Positions 14,152-23,188 of a DNA stretch of 37,035 nt are shown here, piece after piece; position 1 is the stretch's first letter; each line of letters starts with the position of its first letter. The notes under the pieces were generated by a model. That model was given only the letters and a program-made list of their open reading frames with translations, had not been told where the DNA came from and searched no databases. The position numbers and the translations under genes were made by a program. The stretch spans positions 1 through 37,035 of IMG/VR virus record IMGVR_UViG_3300042468_000248; one strand, given 5' to 3'. Origin of the DNA: a virus (Duplodnaviria > Caudoviricetes).

Positions 14152-16446
14152 CTATTTTCCGACCACTGATAGCACGGGCTCTAGGCCCTCGGCCATCCGT
14201 CGCAACTCTGACTTGCCAAGGCTCGCAAACTGCGGGTGTGCGAAAACGTGCTTTTTGGTCGGAAACTCGCGCGAGTGCAAGCGCCCGCAATCAACCCAGC
14301 CCGCATCGCGTAGCGCGTGCATGAGCGCCGCCTGTACAACCTTGACGCCCGACGGCGCGAGGCCTTGCAGACGATCGCAGATGGAGTAGAAGGGCGAGGC
14401 GATAACGCCGCGCGCGAAGTCGCCCTGCCGCGTGCGGATCATTTCGACGAGGAACGACTCGGCGGTACTCATGGCCGACTCGATCATAATGAGCTTGGCC
14501 TCGGTCATCGGCGGCGCGGCGCCAGGGTTGAAGGCCGACACGTCGCGGGCATCGAGCCACGCGGCAACGGCTTGGAAGCCGCCGGCGTAGTACCAGCTCC
14601 AGAGCACACGCGCCTCGGCGGGCGGCATCCGGTCGGCGTCTGACCAGACGACGAACCAGCGCCGATCGTCTGACGGCAGACTGATCGCAGCGCGCTCGTT
14701 GCTAAACGACACCACCAGTACGCGGTTCAGCGCCTCGTAAGGGTGTAAGCCCTTACGGTTGACCGTGAGCAGCTCAGGGGGCGCGGCGATGATGGGTTTA
14801 AGGCTGTTCTCCAGCGCCCGACGGTCTCGCGCCTCGGCCTGTCGCAGCTCGTTGATGACGATGACCTCGGACTCCAGCGCGTAGCCCCACTGGCTGTTGA
14901 GCTCCTCGTTGCGCACCGTGGTGACGTTGACGCGCTGGTCGCCGCCGATAGACCAGAAGAACGGCGCCCAGAGCGTGTCCTTACCGCTGCCAGGCTTGCC
15001 GGCGTGCAGTACGGCATGGTTGATCTTTTGGTTGGCGTGCTGGCGCTTGTAGGCCATCACATCGAGCACATGCTCGCGCTCGGCGGGGTCTGGGATCATG
15101 CGCTCGGCGTGGGCGAGCCATGGGCCCACGTCGCCTGCACTGACAGTAGGTCGAGCGTCGCGCCAGCGGTTGCCATAGACGACACCGTTGCGGCTGACAA
15201 GGATGGACTCGCCAGCGGCGAACGTGACGCCTGCGAGCACATGCGCGCCCATGGCCTGACGGTTCTCGTCGTAGCAGACCGACGCCTCGATGCGGCGGTT
15301 GTTGTGGATGCTGTGGCACGTCACATGGCGGAACAGGGCGTTGAACGACGTGCGGGCGATCTCATGGCGCTCGGCTAAATCAAAATAAGCATCGTCGCTC
15401 ACAACGTACGCGAAACGCTCATACCACTTGGACTTCTCGACGCGACCGAGCTCACGGCGCTCGACCTCTTTGATGACCTCGGCGGCTTCGTCTGGGTATT
15501 CTTCGGTCGGTGTGATCTTCGACAAAGCAGCCTCCATCTTCTTGGCGAGCAGGTCATCGCGCAGGCCGTAGCCCGTCTTGGGGCCGCCCTCGGCCTCGAC
15601 CCAACGCAGGAACTTCTCGCTGTTCCAGTCGCTGCAATGCCCGTGGAAACAAGTATAGCTGCGCGTGACGGGGTGATACCGCCCCTGCGCGTCGGCTGTG
15701 GTGTGCTCAGCGTGGTTCGGGCAGACGACGCCGTACCAACCCTCGGGGTTGGCCTTGGCGAGCAGTAGCCCGCGCTCTTGTATCCACTCCAGCACGTTGT
15801 CGAGGCCGTCATCTTCGATGGCGATGCCGTGGATACAGGCCGTATCGACCTCGCCCGGCGTGACGCCGCAGGCTGTAACGATCTGCGTTAAAGAGAACTC
15901 GCGCTCGGGGTGGAACTCAGTCAACACGGCGGCGAAGTTGTCGCGGCCTTCCTTCAAGTTAACGCTGCCCTCGATGCGGAAATTACGCACCGGATTCACC
16001 GCACCAGGGTCAGTGTAGCCCGCCTCGGCCATGGCCTTGATCGCAGCGCTGAACTCGCCCTTGGTCGGCTGATCGTCAAGCCCAAAGGTGTAGCCCCACT
16101 GGAAGTTGCCGGGGCTCGTTTCTAGCTTCCACGTCGGCTCGATGGGCGGCGTCTTGCTCTTGGTGCCAATGTCATCGAGCACCATGAACGCCACGCGCTC
16201 GCAGTTAGCCGCCGATGCCGACACGCCGTCCGTCAGGCGGTCAAGGATGAAGCAACCCGTGTTGGCGTACCACGCGCCCTTGGGGTTGCGCATGTACTTG
16301 CCGTAGAGGCCCGCAGGCCAGGTGTAGCGCGGCGTGCCGTCCTTGTGCATCAAGTGCTCGCCGTTGCGGACGATCGGCACCTGACGCACGAATAAAATTG
16401 TTTCCCCTTCGGGAGCGATACTGTTAATATATTCAGCGAACTTCAT
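14152..16446 (-). CDS. Primase-helicase (RepB-like primase, Cys/His zinc-binding region, DUF5906/SF3-type helicase)
   Basis: FMVLDDIG and PTWKLETSPGNFQWGY (RepB-like primase); CPNHAEH...CFHGHC; Walker A GKPGSGKDT, Walker B VIVINE, sensor FSN. Confidence 0.88.
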   Translation of the reverse strand: MKFAEYINSIAPEGETILFVRQVPIVRNGEHLMHKDGTPRYTWPAGLYGKYMRNPKGAWYANTGCFILDRLTDGVSASAANCERVAFMVLDDIGTKSKTPPIEPTWKLETSPGNFQWGYTFGLDDQPTKGEFSAAIKAMAEAGYTDPGAVNPVRNFRIEGSVNLKEGRDNFAAVLTEFHPEREFSLTQIVTACGVTPGEVDTACIHGIAIEDDGLDNVLEWIQERGLLLAKANPEGWYGVVCPNHAEHTTADAQGRYHPVTRSYTCFHGHCSDWNSEKFLRWVEAEGGPKTGYGLRDDLLAKKMEAALSKITPTEEYPDEAAEVIKEVERRELGRVEKSKWYERFAYVVSDDAYFDLAERHEIARTSFNALFRHVTCHSIHNNRRIEASVCYDENRQAMGAHVLAGVTFAAGESILVSRNGVVYGNRWRDARPTVSAGDVGPWLAHAERMIPDPAEREHVLDVMAYKRQHANQKINHAVLHAGKPGSGKDTLWAPFFWSIGGDQRVNVTTVRNEELNSQWGYALESEVIVINELRQAEARDRRALENSLKPIIAAPPELLTVNRKGLHPYEALNRVLVVSFSNERAAISLPSDDRRWFVVWSDADRMPPAEARVLWSWYYAGGFQAVAAWLDARDVSAFNPGAAPPMTEAKLIMIESAMSTAESFLVEMIRTRQGDFARGVIASPFYSICDRLQGLAPSGVKVVQAALMHALRDAGWVDCGRLHSREFPTKKHVFAHPQFASLGKSELRRMAEGLEPVLSVVGK

Positions 16447-16470
16447 CGTGACATCTCCAGTCCTGTGTTT

Positions 16471-16499
16471 AAGCCCGGCCTAACCCGCCGGGCTTTTTT
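16471..16499 (+). terminator. Intrinsic-terminator-like hairpin between polA and primase
   Basis: AAGCCCGGC-N7-GCCGGGCTT followed by a T run (16494-16499) on the plus strand; only TT on the minus strand. Confidence 0.65.
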
Positions 16500-18453
16500 A
16501 TTTCCCGTACCGCTCCATCACCTTGACTTCGGCGTTGAGCGGGAAGCCCTGAGCCCAATCAGGCGCAGTGCACATGACCTCATGCAAATGCTCGGCGACG
16601 AACTCCGCCGCCTCGCTCGCACACTCGATAACGATTTCGTCGTGCACATGCAGCACGACATCAAACCCCATGCGATCCAGCTCGCGTAGGCTGTGGCGCA
16701 ACAAATCATTGGCCGTGGCCTGTGTGATGTTCTCGCAGGCAAGCCCCTTCCATAACCGTGCGCGGGGCCACTCTTTAGCGTCCTGCGCAGGCTTCCATGC
16801 TGCCTTGAGATAACTCACACCGTCTGACTCCAGACGGGCGAACGGGTAACATAGCACGCGCCCTGACGGCAGCGCGTACCAAAGATGCTGACCGTCAAAC
16901 ATATACGCCACGCGGCCAACAATGAATTCGTGGTTGACATTTCGCATGGCGCGGGTGTAAGCGTCCTCCAGCTTCTGCCAGTAACGCACGGCCCACGGGT
17001 TCGCCCGACGCCACCGATCCACAATGCGCTGCGCTTCGTGCTCGTTCATATGCACGCCGTAAGCGCGGCCCATGGCGCTGAACGCACCGACGCCGCCCGC
17101 GAAACCGAGCGACAGGATGGCGACCTTGCCGATCTGGCGCTGGTCGCCCGTCACGGCCTCGGGTGTGGTGTTGTAGATGCCCGCCGCTTCACGCTTGTAG
17201 ATGTCGCCGCCTGCGCGGAACACATCGAGCACGGGCTCGGCAAGCGGGTCAGCGGAGAGCCACGGCGTCGCGCGGGCTTCTATCGCTGCCCAGTCGGCCA
17301 CGACGAGAACATGGTCTCGCTTGGGAATGAGTGCGGGCCGCAGCATCCCCTTGAGAACGTCCGTAACGCGCTTGCCGTATCGGGGCACGATACTGTGACC
17401 TCGTACCAGGGCTTGACGGGTTGCGTCAGGCTCGGCACTGCACTTACGCGTAAAGTTATGGACTTGGGCGCCGTAGCTAGATGCGCGTCCGGTGGCACTT
17501 CCACCAGCAAATATAAAGGCTCCACGGACACGGCTGTCCTCCCCGGCTAGCTGCTTCAAGCGGCTGAACTTAGCGACCGACGACGCCCACAGGTCATCCG
17601 CGCACTGCACAACGTCAGCCACGTCGGGCGGGAGCTCATCGGGGTTGTCCATGGCGAGCAGGTTGGCCCGCACGGTCTTGTCAATACTAAACTTCGCCGC
17701 GCCGTCTTTGTAGACGGTCATCAGCTTCTTGGCTTCAGGCCCGACGCGGGCGAGCACCCACTCGCGCATCTTGGGGCTGCGCACGGTCGTAATCTCGTTA
17801 TGCGTGATCTCGCATACTAAACGCTCGATGTCCTGCAATTCAGATTCCGCGTGACGGATCGCCGCCTCACAGAGCGGCACATCAACGCCGACGCCGCGAT
17901 CGTTGACGCGCTCGTTGACGTGGTAATCGGCAAGCTCTGTATCCGATAGGCTACGCATGGCCTTGCTAATCTCGCGCATGACGCGCACGTCCTGCTCGCA
18001 GTAGGCGATCATCTCGGCCATGAGCTCAGGGTCATTGTTGAACGTCCCATCGGCACGCGGGATAGACAGTTGCCGGATCAACTGCGAGCCACGGTAGTCC
18101 TTCTTCATCTTGGACGAGAGCGCGCGGCCTATGTCCTCAAGGCTGCCAGGCAGGCAGTTGGCCCGCGCCTGTGCAGACGTGCAGTAGAACTGCTCCAGCG
18201 CAAACGGGATGTCGAGCACATGCCAAAAGATAAGCCGCTCAAACGCTGCGTTATGCGCGCGAATCTGGCCCTTGAAGTTGGCTATGCGCTCGGGGAACGG
18301 GTACTTGGGCACCCACGTCTCAACCTCGCCATCGTCAAAGGCGTAGGACATGCAGAGCACTTCGGTGCTCGGGTGCTTGGCGTAGTTGTACGCGCCGGCT
18401 GACGGCAGGTCACACCGGCTGCGGGTCTCAAAGTCTAACCAAAGTATTGCCAT
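16498..18453 (-). CDS. polA: DNA polymerase family A (APSE-type) with 3'-5' exonuclease
   Basis: ExoI LDFETRS, ExoII AHNAAFE, ExoII/III YCEQDV; motif A VVADWAAIEAR, motif B RQIGKVAILSLGFAGG, motif C LHVHDEIV. Confidence 0.95.
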   Translation of the reverse strand: MAILWLDFETRSRCDLPSAGAYNYAKHPSTEVLCMSYAFDDGEVETWVPKYPFPERIANFKGQIRAHNAAFERLIFWHVLDIPFALEQFYCTSAQARANCLPGSLEDIGRALSSKMKKDYRGSQLIRQLSIPRADGTFNNDPELMAEMIAYCEQDVRVMREISKAMRSLSDTELADYHVNERVNDRGVGVDVPLCEAAIRHAESELQDIERLVCEITHNEITTVRSPKMREWVLARVGPEAKKLMTVYKDGAAKFSIDKTVRANLLAMDNPDELPPDVADVVQCADDLWASSVAKFSRLKQLAGEDSRVRGAFIFAGGSATGRASSYGAQVHNFTRKCSAEPDATRQALVRGHSIVPRYGKRVTDVLKGMLRPALIPKRDHVLVVADWAAIEARATPWLSADPLAEPVLDVFRAGGDIYKREAAGIYNTTPEAVTGDQRQIGKVAILSLGFAGGVGAFSAMGRAYGVHMNEHEAQRIVDRWRRANPWAVRYWQKLEDAYTRAMRNVNHEFIVGRVAYMFDGQHLWYALPSGRVLCYPFARLESDGVSYLKAAWKPAQDAKEWPRARLWKGLACENITQATANDLLRHSLRELDRMGFDVVLHVHDEIVIECASEAAEFVAEHLHEVMCTAPDWAQGFPLNAEVKVMERYGK

Positions 18454-18461
18454 AGAAAGAT

Positions 18462-18488
18462 CGGGGGCCGCAGGCGCCCCCGCTCCTT
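18462..18488 (-). promoter_or_regulatory. GC hairpin between the SD (AAGGAG) and the polA start codon
   Basis: Minus strand: TAA-AAGGAG-CGGGGGC-gcctgcg-GCCCCCG-atctttct-ATG. Confidence 0.6.
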
Positions 18489-19136
18489 TTACGCAGCGCG
18501 ACGCCGACGGGCTGAAGCGGCTGGCGGCGGCGTGTCATCGCCACCTTCAGGCTCGCTCGTAGCCTCTCCTTCCATGGACACCCAATCGACGATCTCAAAG
18601 ACCGGCGTGTAGATGCGGCCATAGCTCTTGTGCTGGTAGTGCTCCTTCTTCAAATGCACGACTGGCACCGGCTTGCTCTGGTCACGCTCGACCTGCGCGG
18701 CGATGGCTGCTGCCAAGGCCTGCACGGCACGCTTGCCGCCCACCGACGTGGTGCTGTAGCGAGCCTCAAGGCCCGCGTCCTCACCCGAGATGCACTTCAA
18801 GCTCATGCCGACCTGCGTTTCCCAGCCCTTCTTGCTCTGCGGCGGCGCCGGGTCGAGCTCAGGCAACGGCTGTGACACCGACACCATCTTCTCGCCAAGC
18901 ACCTCACCGTCGCCCCAGGCAATGAAGCCGTGGACAAACGAGAAGGGATTGACTGCCCACTTGCTCTCGGCTTCAGCCTCGGTTTGATCCGCGCCGAAGA
19001 CCCAGTGGCCCGTCTTGTCCATCTTGAGGATAGCCGTGCCCGCAGGGCCGACATCCACTTCGATGCTACGAAGGGCGGTGGACAGGGAAGTTACCGCAGG
19101 CAATCCTGCTTTTGCGAACGCTGTGATATTGGACAT
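18489..19136 (-). CDS. Putative single-stranded DNA-binding / replication accessory protein
   Basis: Syntenic position between the DUF2800 nuclease and polA; aromatic beta-rich core (HYQHKSYGRIYTPVFEIVDW) and a flexible acidic/Pro tail. Confidence 0.6.
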   Translation of the reverse strand: MSNITAFAKAGLPAVTSLSTALRSIEVDVGPAGTAILKMDKTGHWVFGADQTEAEAESKWAVNPFSFVHGFIAWGDGEVLGEKMVSVSQPLPELDPAPPQSKKGWETQVGMSLKCISGEDAGLEARYSTTSVGGKRAVQALAAAIAAQVERDQSKPVPVVHLKKEHYQHKSYGRIYTPVFEIVDWVSMEGEATSEPEGGDDTPPPAASARRRRAA

Positions 19137-19147
19137 TACTCTACTCC

Positions 19148-20272
19148 TTACACTAGTTTAGAAAGGGCCGCAGTCAACTGAGACCCGATTTGCAACACGG
19201 CGGGACGGGGATCGCTCTCCGGCGCCATCGTGTTGCCGCTTGAGACCGAGACGACCTGATCGTCCGGCAGGCCGAGCTTCAGCTTTTTAAGCTTCTTCTC
19301 AGCTTGTGCCGGCGAGATCAGACTCGTCTCGGTCACTTCCGTAATCGGCAAGAGCGCGCACAGCGCAGCCTTTGCCGTCTCCTCATCGCGCCACTGTCGT
19401 GTGGCACGCTTGGCGACGAGCTTATAGCCCGGCACCGGATTACCTGACTCTAGCACCTGCATCGCTAGCGCGCGCAAGTCGCTGATCCAATCTTCAAGCA
19501 CTGCCGCACGCTCCAGCATCTGCCCGAGCTGCGCGGCGTCTAGCTCTTTAATCTGCGTCTGCATGGCGCGATCGACTGCGCCTGTCATCAGCGGGCAGAT
19601 CGGTTTGGCTGCGCACCAGCGGCAGTGCTCGCCAATCTTGAGCGGCGCGTCCGGCTTGGCCGACTGCTTGACCGCGTAGACCAGCTCGCGCTCGAACTGG
19701 CGCACGCGGTCGAACGACGTTACCCAGCGCTTGACCTTCGGCGGCTGGACAATGATGCACTCAATCTCTTTAGCGTCTTTGAAAACCCACTCAAGCGCCG
19801 GCGTGCGGATCGCCGCAGCCGTATAAAATAGTAGCTGAGGGTTATCTTCAGCTTCGACGGCCACTCCGTCGCCAAACTTCCAATCAAGTACAATAGCGCG
19901 GTCGCCAATGCGACCAATAAGATCACAAGAACCAAATACGCCCGGCAAAAGATCACCAAAGCTGACGGTTTGCTCAACGGCGTATTCAAGTCGGGCTTCA
20001 GGGTCGATTTCATTGATGGCGTCCATGGCTGGGCGGACCTTCTCATCGAGCAGGTCGCCGGTGAGTTTGATGCCGTTGTACTCCATGTCGAGCACATGCC
20101 GCAGTTCCTTATCGGAACCCAAAAGCTCGGCCATGACGTTGTGCAGCAACGTACCTTCATCGGCGTACTTGCTGCTCGGCTTCGGTGGGACTTTCTGGCA
20201 GAGCGCGACACTGCCGGGGCAGTTAATCACGCGCTTGGCGGTGGACCCGCCAACGATATTGCTATGACTCAT
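19148..20272 (-). CDS. DUF2800 / Cas4-like PD-(D/E)XK exonuclease
   Basis: HS..GGSTAKRVINCPGS, YADEGTLLH, FGSCD...VLDWKFG, QLLFY, HCRWCAAKPICP; start placed at MSHS (20272) with an AAGGAG SD. Confidence 0.88.
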   Translation of the reverse strand: MSHSNIVGGSTAKRVINCPGSVALCQKVPPKPSSKYADEGTLLHNVMAELLGSDKELRHVLDMEYNGIKLTGDLLDEKVRPAMDAINEIDPEARLEYAVEQTVSFGDLLPGVFGSCDLIGRIGDRAIVLDWKFGDGVAVEAEDNPQLLFYTAAAIRTPALEWVFKDAKEIECIIVQPPKVKRWVTSFDRVRQFERELVYAVKQSAKPDAPLKIGEHCRWCAAKPICPLMTGAVDRAMQTQIKELDAAQLGQMLERAAVLEDWISDLRALAMQVLESGNPVPGYKLVAKRATRQWRDEETAKAALCALLPITEVTETSLISPAQAEKKLKKLKLGLPDDQVVSVSSGNTMAPESDPRPAVLQIGSQLTAALSKLV

Positions 20273-20301
20273 CGAGGACTCTCCTTTACTGTGTTTGCGC
20301 A

Positions 20302-20352
20302 AGCGTAGACCGGCGCGTTTGGCTTGTCAAGCATTGTTTTATCACGTAGGAT
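20302..20352. promoter_or_regulatory. Back-to-back sigma70-type promoters with overlapping -35 boxes
   Basis: Minus: TTGACA(20330-20325)-N17-TACGCT(20307-20302). Plus: TTGTCA(20324-20329)-N17-TAGGAT(20347-20352). Both lie in the palindrome GCTTG-T-CAAGC. Confidence 0.75.
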
Positions 20353-20359
20353 TCTCAAC

Positions 20360-20647
20360 ATGAGAGAGAAGACGATTGAGGAATACCTGACCTGGGCGGT
20401 GGAGCGCGCAGGCGGTGTCACGTTCAAGTTTAGAAGCCCGAGCCAGCGCGGCGTCGCCGATCGCATCGTCTGCCTGCCGAACGGGCAGACGTGGTTCGTG
20501 GAGCTGAAGGCCGAGCGCGGACGTTTGTCGGCGTTACAGAAAGTGTTTGCATCTTTAATGGCGCAGACGAACCAGCGTTACAAAGTCATATATTCCATAG
20601 AGGAAGTCGATGCTTTCGTTGAGACCGTATCAAGAGCAAGCGGCTGA
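20360..20647 (+). CDS. VRR-NUC domain nuclease (Holliday junction resolvase-like)
   Basis: MREKTIEEYL...KFRSPSQRGVADRIV...FVELKAERGRLSALQ; start placed at ATG 20360. Confidence 0.9.
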   Translation: MREKTIEEYLTWAVERAGGVTFKFRSPSQRGVADRIVCLPNGQTWFVELKAERGRLSALQKVFASLMAQTNQRYKVIYSIEEVDAFVETVSRASG

Positions 20648-21947
20648 CTTTTTATACGAGCACGACCGCGCGATGGTGCTGGCGCCCGTGGGTGCCGGCA
20701 AGACCGCGCTTACCCTTACGGCCATGCGCGATGCGCTACGCTTAGGGCTTGTCAAGCGTTGGCTTGTTGTGGCGCCGTTGCGTGTGGCGCAACACGTCTG
20801 GCCAGTCGAGGCAACCAAATGGACACCCGATTTGACCCTATCCGTCGCTGTAGGCTCGCCCTCTTGGCGACTAAAAGCGTTGGCGTCAAATGCCCGCGTG
20901 GTGGTCACTAACTACGATAATTTGCAGTGGCTGGCTAAACAGAAGATGGACTTCGACGGCGTGGTGTTTGACGAGTTGACGCGCCTCAAGAATCCGTCGG
21001 GCGTTCGCTTCAAGGCGATTCTAAAGGCGCTGGAGCCAGTCAAGATTCGGTGGGGGCTGACGGGCAGCTTCACGTCAAACGGCCTAGAGGACGTGTTTGG
21101 GCAATGCAAGATCATCGACCAAAGCCTACTCGGGCGAAGCAAGGGCGCCTTTTTGCAGCAGTATTTTATCTGCCTCAACAGGGAGTATGGCGAGTGGACA
21201 CCCGCTACCGGCGCGTTACAGCAGGTGATGGCACGGATCAAGCCTGCGACCTATGTGCTAGAGCCTGGCGAGTACAAAGACAAGCTGCCGCCGCTGCACA
21301 CCGTAACGCTACGTTGCGAGCTCCTTGACCGCGAGCCCTACGAGAAAATGAAGCGGGACTTCATGGTGGAGTTCCCCGACGCGCAGGCGATTGCGGCTAA
21401 CGCGGCGGCTGTTACGGCCAAGTTGCAGCAAATGGCCTCGGGGTTCGTCTACGACACGACCCGCACGGCATCCGATCGCCCCGGCAAGTTTGACATAACG
21501 CAGAAGACGGTGTGGTTTTCTGACCACAAGTTAGAACTGCTGGAAGACTTGCTAGACGAAAACCAACACGCCAATACGATAATTGTTTACAATTACCAAG
21601 CCGAACTGGAAGCGCTGAAGCGTTGGTATCCGAAAGCGGCGACGATTGACCAACCGGGCGTCATCGACGCGTGGAACCGAGGCGAAATTGAGCTGCTGCT
21701 GATCCACCCAAAGTCGGCGGGTCACGGGCTTAACTTGCAGCACGGCGGCAGTCGGATGGTGTTTCTGTCGCTGCCGTGGTCGCTAGAGGAGTACGAGCAG
21801 ACGATCGGACGGCTGCACCGTAGTGGCCAGCGGCATGACGTGTGGGTCTATGTCCTGCAAACGGACAAGACGATTGACGAGAAGATTTGGGCGGCGCTGC
21901 ATGACAAGCGCGCCATGTCAGACGTAGCAATGTGGGAGCTGAAATGA
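20610..21947 (+). CDS. SNF2-like SF2 helicase
   Basis: LRPYQ, PVGAGKT, VVFDELT, GLTGS, SAGHGLNLQ, QTIGRLHRSGQ. Confidence 0.92.
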   Translation: MLSLRPYQEQAADFLYEHDRAMVLAPVGAGKTALTLTAMRDALRLGLVKRWLVVAPLRVAQHVWPVEATKWTPDLTLSVAVGSPSWRLKALASNARVVVTNYDNLQWLAKQKMDFDGVVFDELTRLKNPSGVRFKAILKALEPVKIRWGLTGSFTSNGLEDVFGQCKIIDQSLLGRSKGAFLQQYFICLNREYGEWTPATGALQQVMARIKPATYVLEPGEYKDKLPPLHTVTLRCELLDREPYEKMKRDFMVEFPDAQAIAANAAAVTAKLQQMASGFVYDTTRTASDRPGKFDITQKTVWFSDHKLELLEDLLDENQHANTIIVYNYQAELEALKRWYPKAATIDQPGVIDAWNRGEIELLLIHPKSAGHGLNLQHGGSRMVFLSLPWSLEEYEQTIGRLHRSGQRHDVWVYVLQTDKTIDEKIWAALHDKRAMSDVAMWELK

Positions 21948-22141
21948 ACTGGCGCGAACTAAACGCACAACTGAATCAGATGGCCGAAACTGAGGTCAAA
22001 GCCCTTCTTGACGCCGAGATGGCAGGCCGCCAGCGCGTCACCTTTGTCGAGCGACTGCACCAGCGTTACTGCGCCCTGCGCGCGACACGCGAGCGGGCTG
22101 AGATGATGGCCCTACTCGCCCCGCGCTCGCAGGTAGCGTAA
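21944..22141 (+). CDS. Hypothetical helical protein (65 aa)
   Basis: MNWRELNAQLNQM...ERLHQRYCALRATRER; ATGA overlap with the helicase and GGAG SD. Confidence 0.75.
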   Translation: MNWRELNAQLNQMAETEVKALLDAEMAGRQRVTFVERLHQRYCALRATRERAEMMALLAPRSQVA

Positions 22142-23185
22142 GTATTCGGCGCCTTCTTCGGGCGTCCACCAGACTTTGACCATATCGGGATGGTCTGGTG
22201 GCAGGCTCGGGTTGGTCGTCACTAGGGCGCAGGGACTGAACGCGTTGTCGCGGAAGCCTCGCTCCTTGGCGTAGCGATCAAACACTTTGTAGCTGGCGAC
22301 CTTCATCGTGTGCATCGCAATACCCGTAATCGGGTCTTTGAGTACCGAGTAAGCCGATTCGTGTTTGTGCCCCGCGGCGTAAATGTGGTCGCGGGTGCCC
22401 ATAATCGCCGCCTTCATTGGCCCATGAGCCGGGTTCCAGATCGACGAGCCCGTGTGGTCGTGGCGGCTGTTGACGCGCACCTCGACCCCGTTCGGAAAGC
22501 GCAGCGCGATGCGGGCTTCGCTTGACTTATAGAGCGCGTCCTGTTGTTTGGCAATCCAACGCATCGGATCGCCCGAGCCTGACCACAGGTCGTGGTTGCC
22601 GCCGAGTATCCAGAGCCAGTTGCATCGGCCAACGAACCACTCTGCAAGGCGCCAGGCCTGCGCCGCTGACGTACTCTGCTCGCCGTAGAGCTTGGCCAGA
22701 CGGCCTACCCAGTTGTTCGTGGTGTCGCCTACGTTGACGGCGAACAACCCTTCGGTGTCTTGGACGAGCTTCGTGTGGCGCTCCAGCGCCTCGATGTCGG
22801 TGCCGTCGTCATCGACATGCGGATCGCCAAAGAACAAGATGCCTATGGCGCCGGGTATTTTGATCCGAATTGGAATTAGTTTCGAGGCTTCTTCGTGGTC
22901 GCGCTTATGCGCAAACTGCCGTTTGCGGTGCTCGATAAGCTGCTCAATGGGTACGTCGTCATCGGGCAGCGGCGTAAATGAGTACCCCGGCTTTTCAACG
23001 GGCTGTTTTACAGAGTTAGAACGATACGTTGACTTCGGAATTGTGTATCCCTTGGCTGTCATCTTTTTTAGCCGCATCAACAGGCTTCGTTCGTTTAACC
23101 CCAGTTTAGCGGCGGCTACTGCTCGGATGCCGTTAGCGTCTTGTACTGCCTTTAGAATTTCATCATCAGTAGCTTTTGAATACAT
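22112..23185 (-). CDS. Calcineurin-like metallophosphoesterase with N-terminal HTH
   Basis: GDPH, GDTTN, GNHD, RHDH and GHKH metal-binding motifs; N-terminal AVAAAKLGLNERSLLMRL (Fis-like HTH). Confidence 0.85.
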   Translation of the reverse strand: MYSKATDDEILKAVQDANGIRAVAAAKLGLNERSLLMRLKKMTAKGYTIPKSTYRSNSVKQPVEKPGYSFTPLPDDDVPIEQLIEHRKRQFAHKRDHEEASKLIPIRIKIPGAIGILFFGDPHVDDDGTDIEALERHTKLVQDTEGLFAVNVGDTTNNWVGRLAKLYGEQSTSAAQAWRLAEWFVGRCNWLWILGGNHDLWSGSGDPMRWIAKQQDALYKSSEARIALRFPNGVEVRVNSRHDHTGSSIWNPAHGPMKAAIMGTRDHIYAAGHKHESAYSVLKDPITGIAMHTMKVASYKVFDRYAKERGFRDNAFSPCALVTTNPSLPPDHPDMVKVWWTPEEGAEYLRYLRARGE

Positions 23186-23188
23186 CGT

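Noticed and set aside
14104-14169. 21-aa hydrophobic ORF (MIYFLLTIAATVILDWLFSDH)
   Set aside because: Plausible, but too short, with a GTG start and overlaps with two other genes; not supportable from sequence alone.
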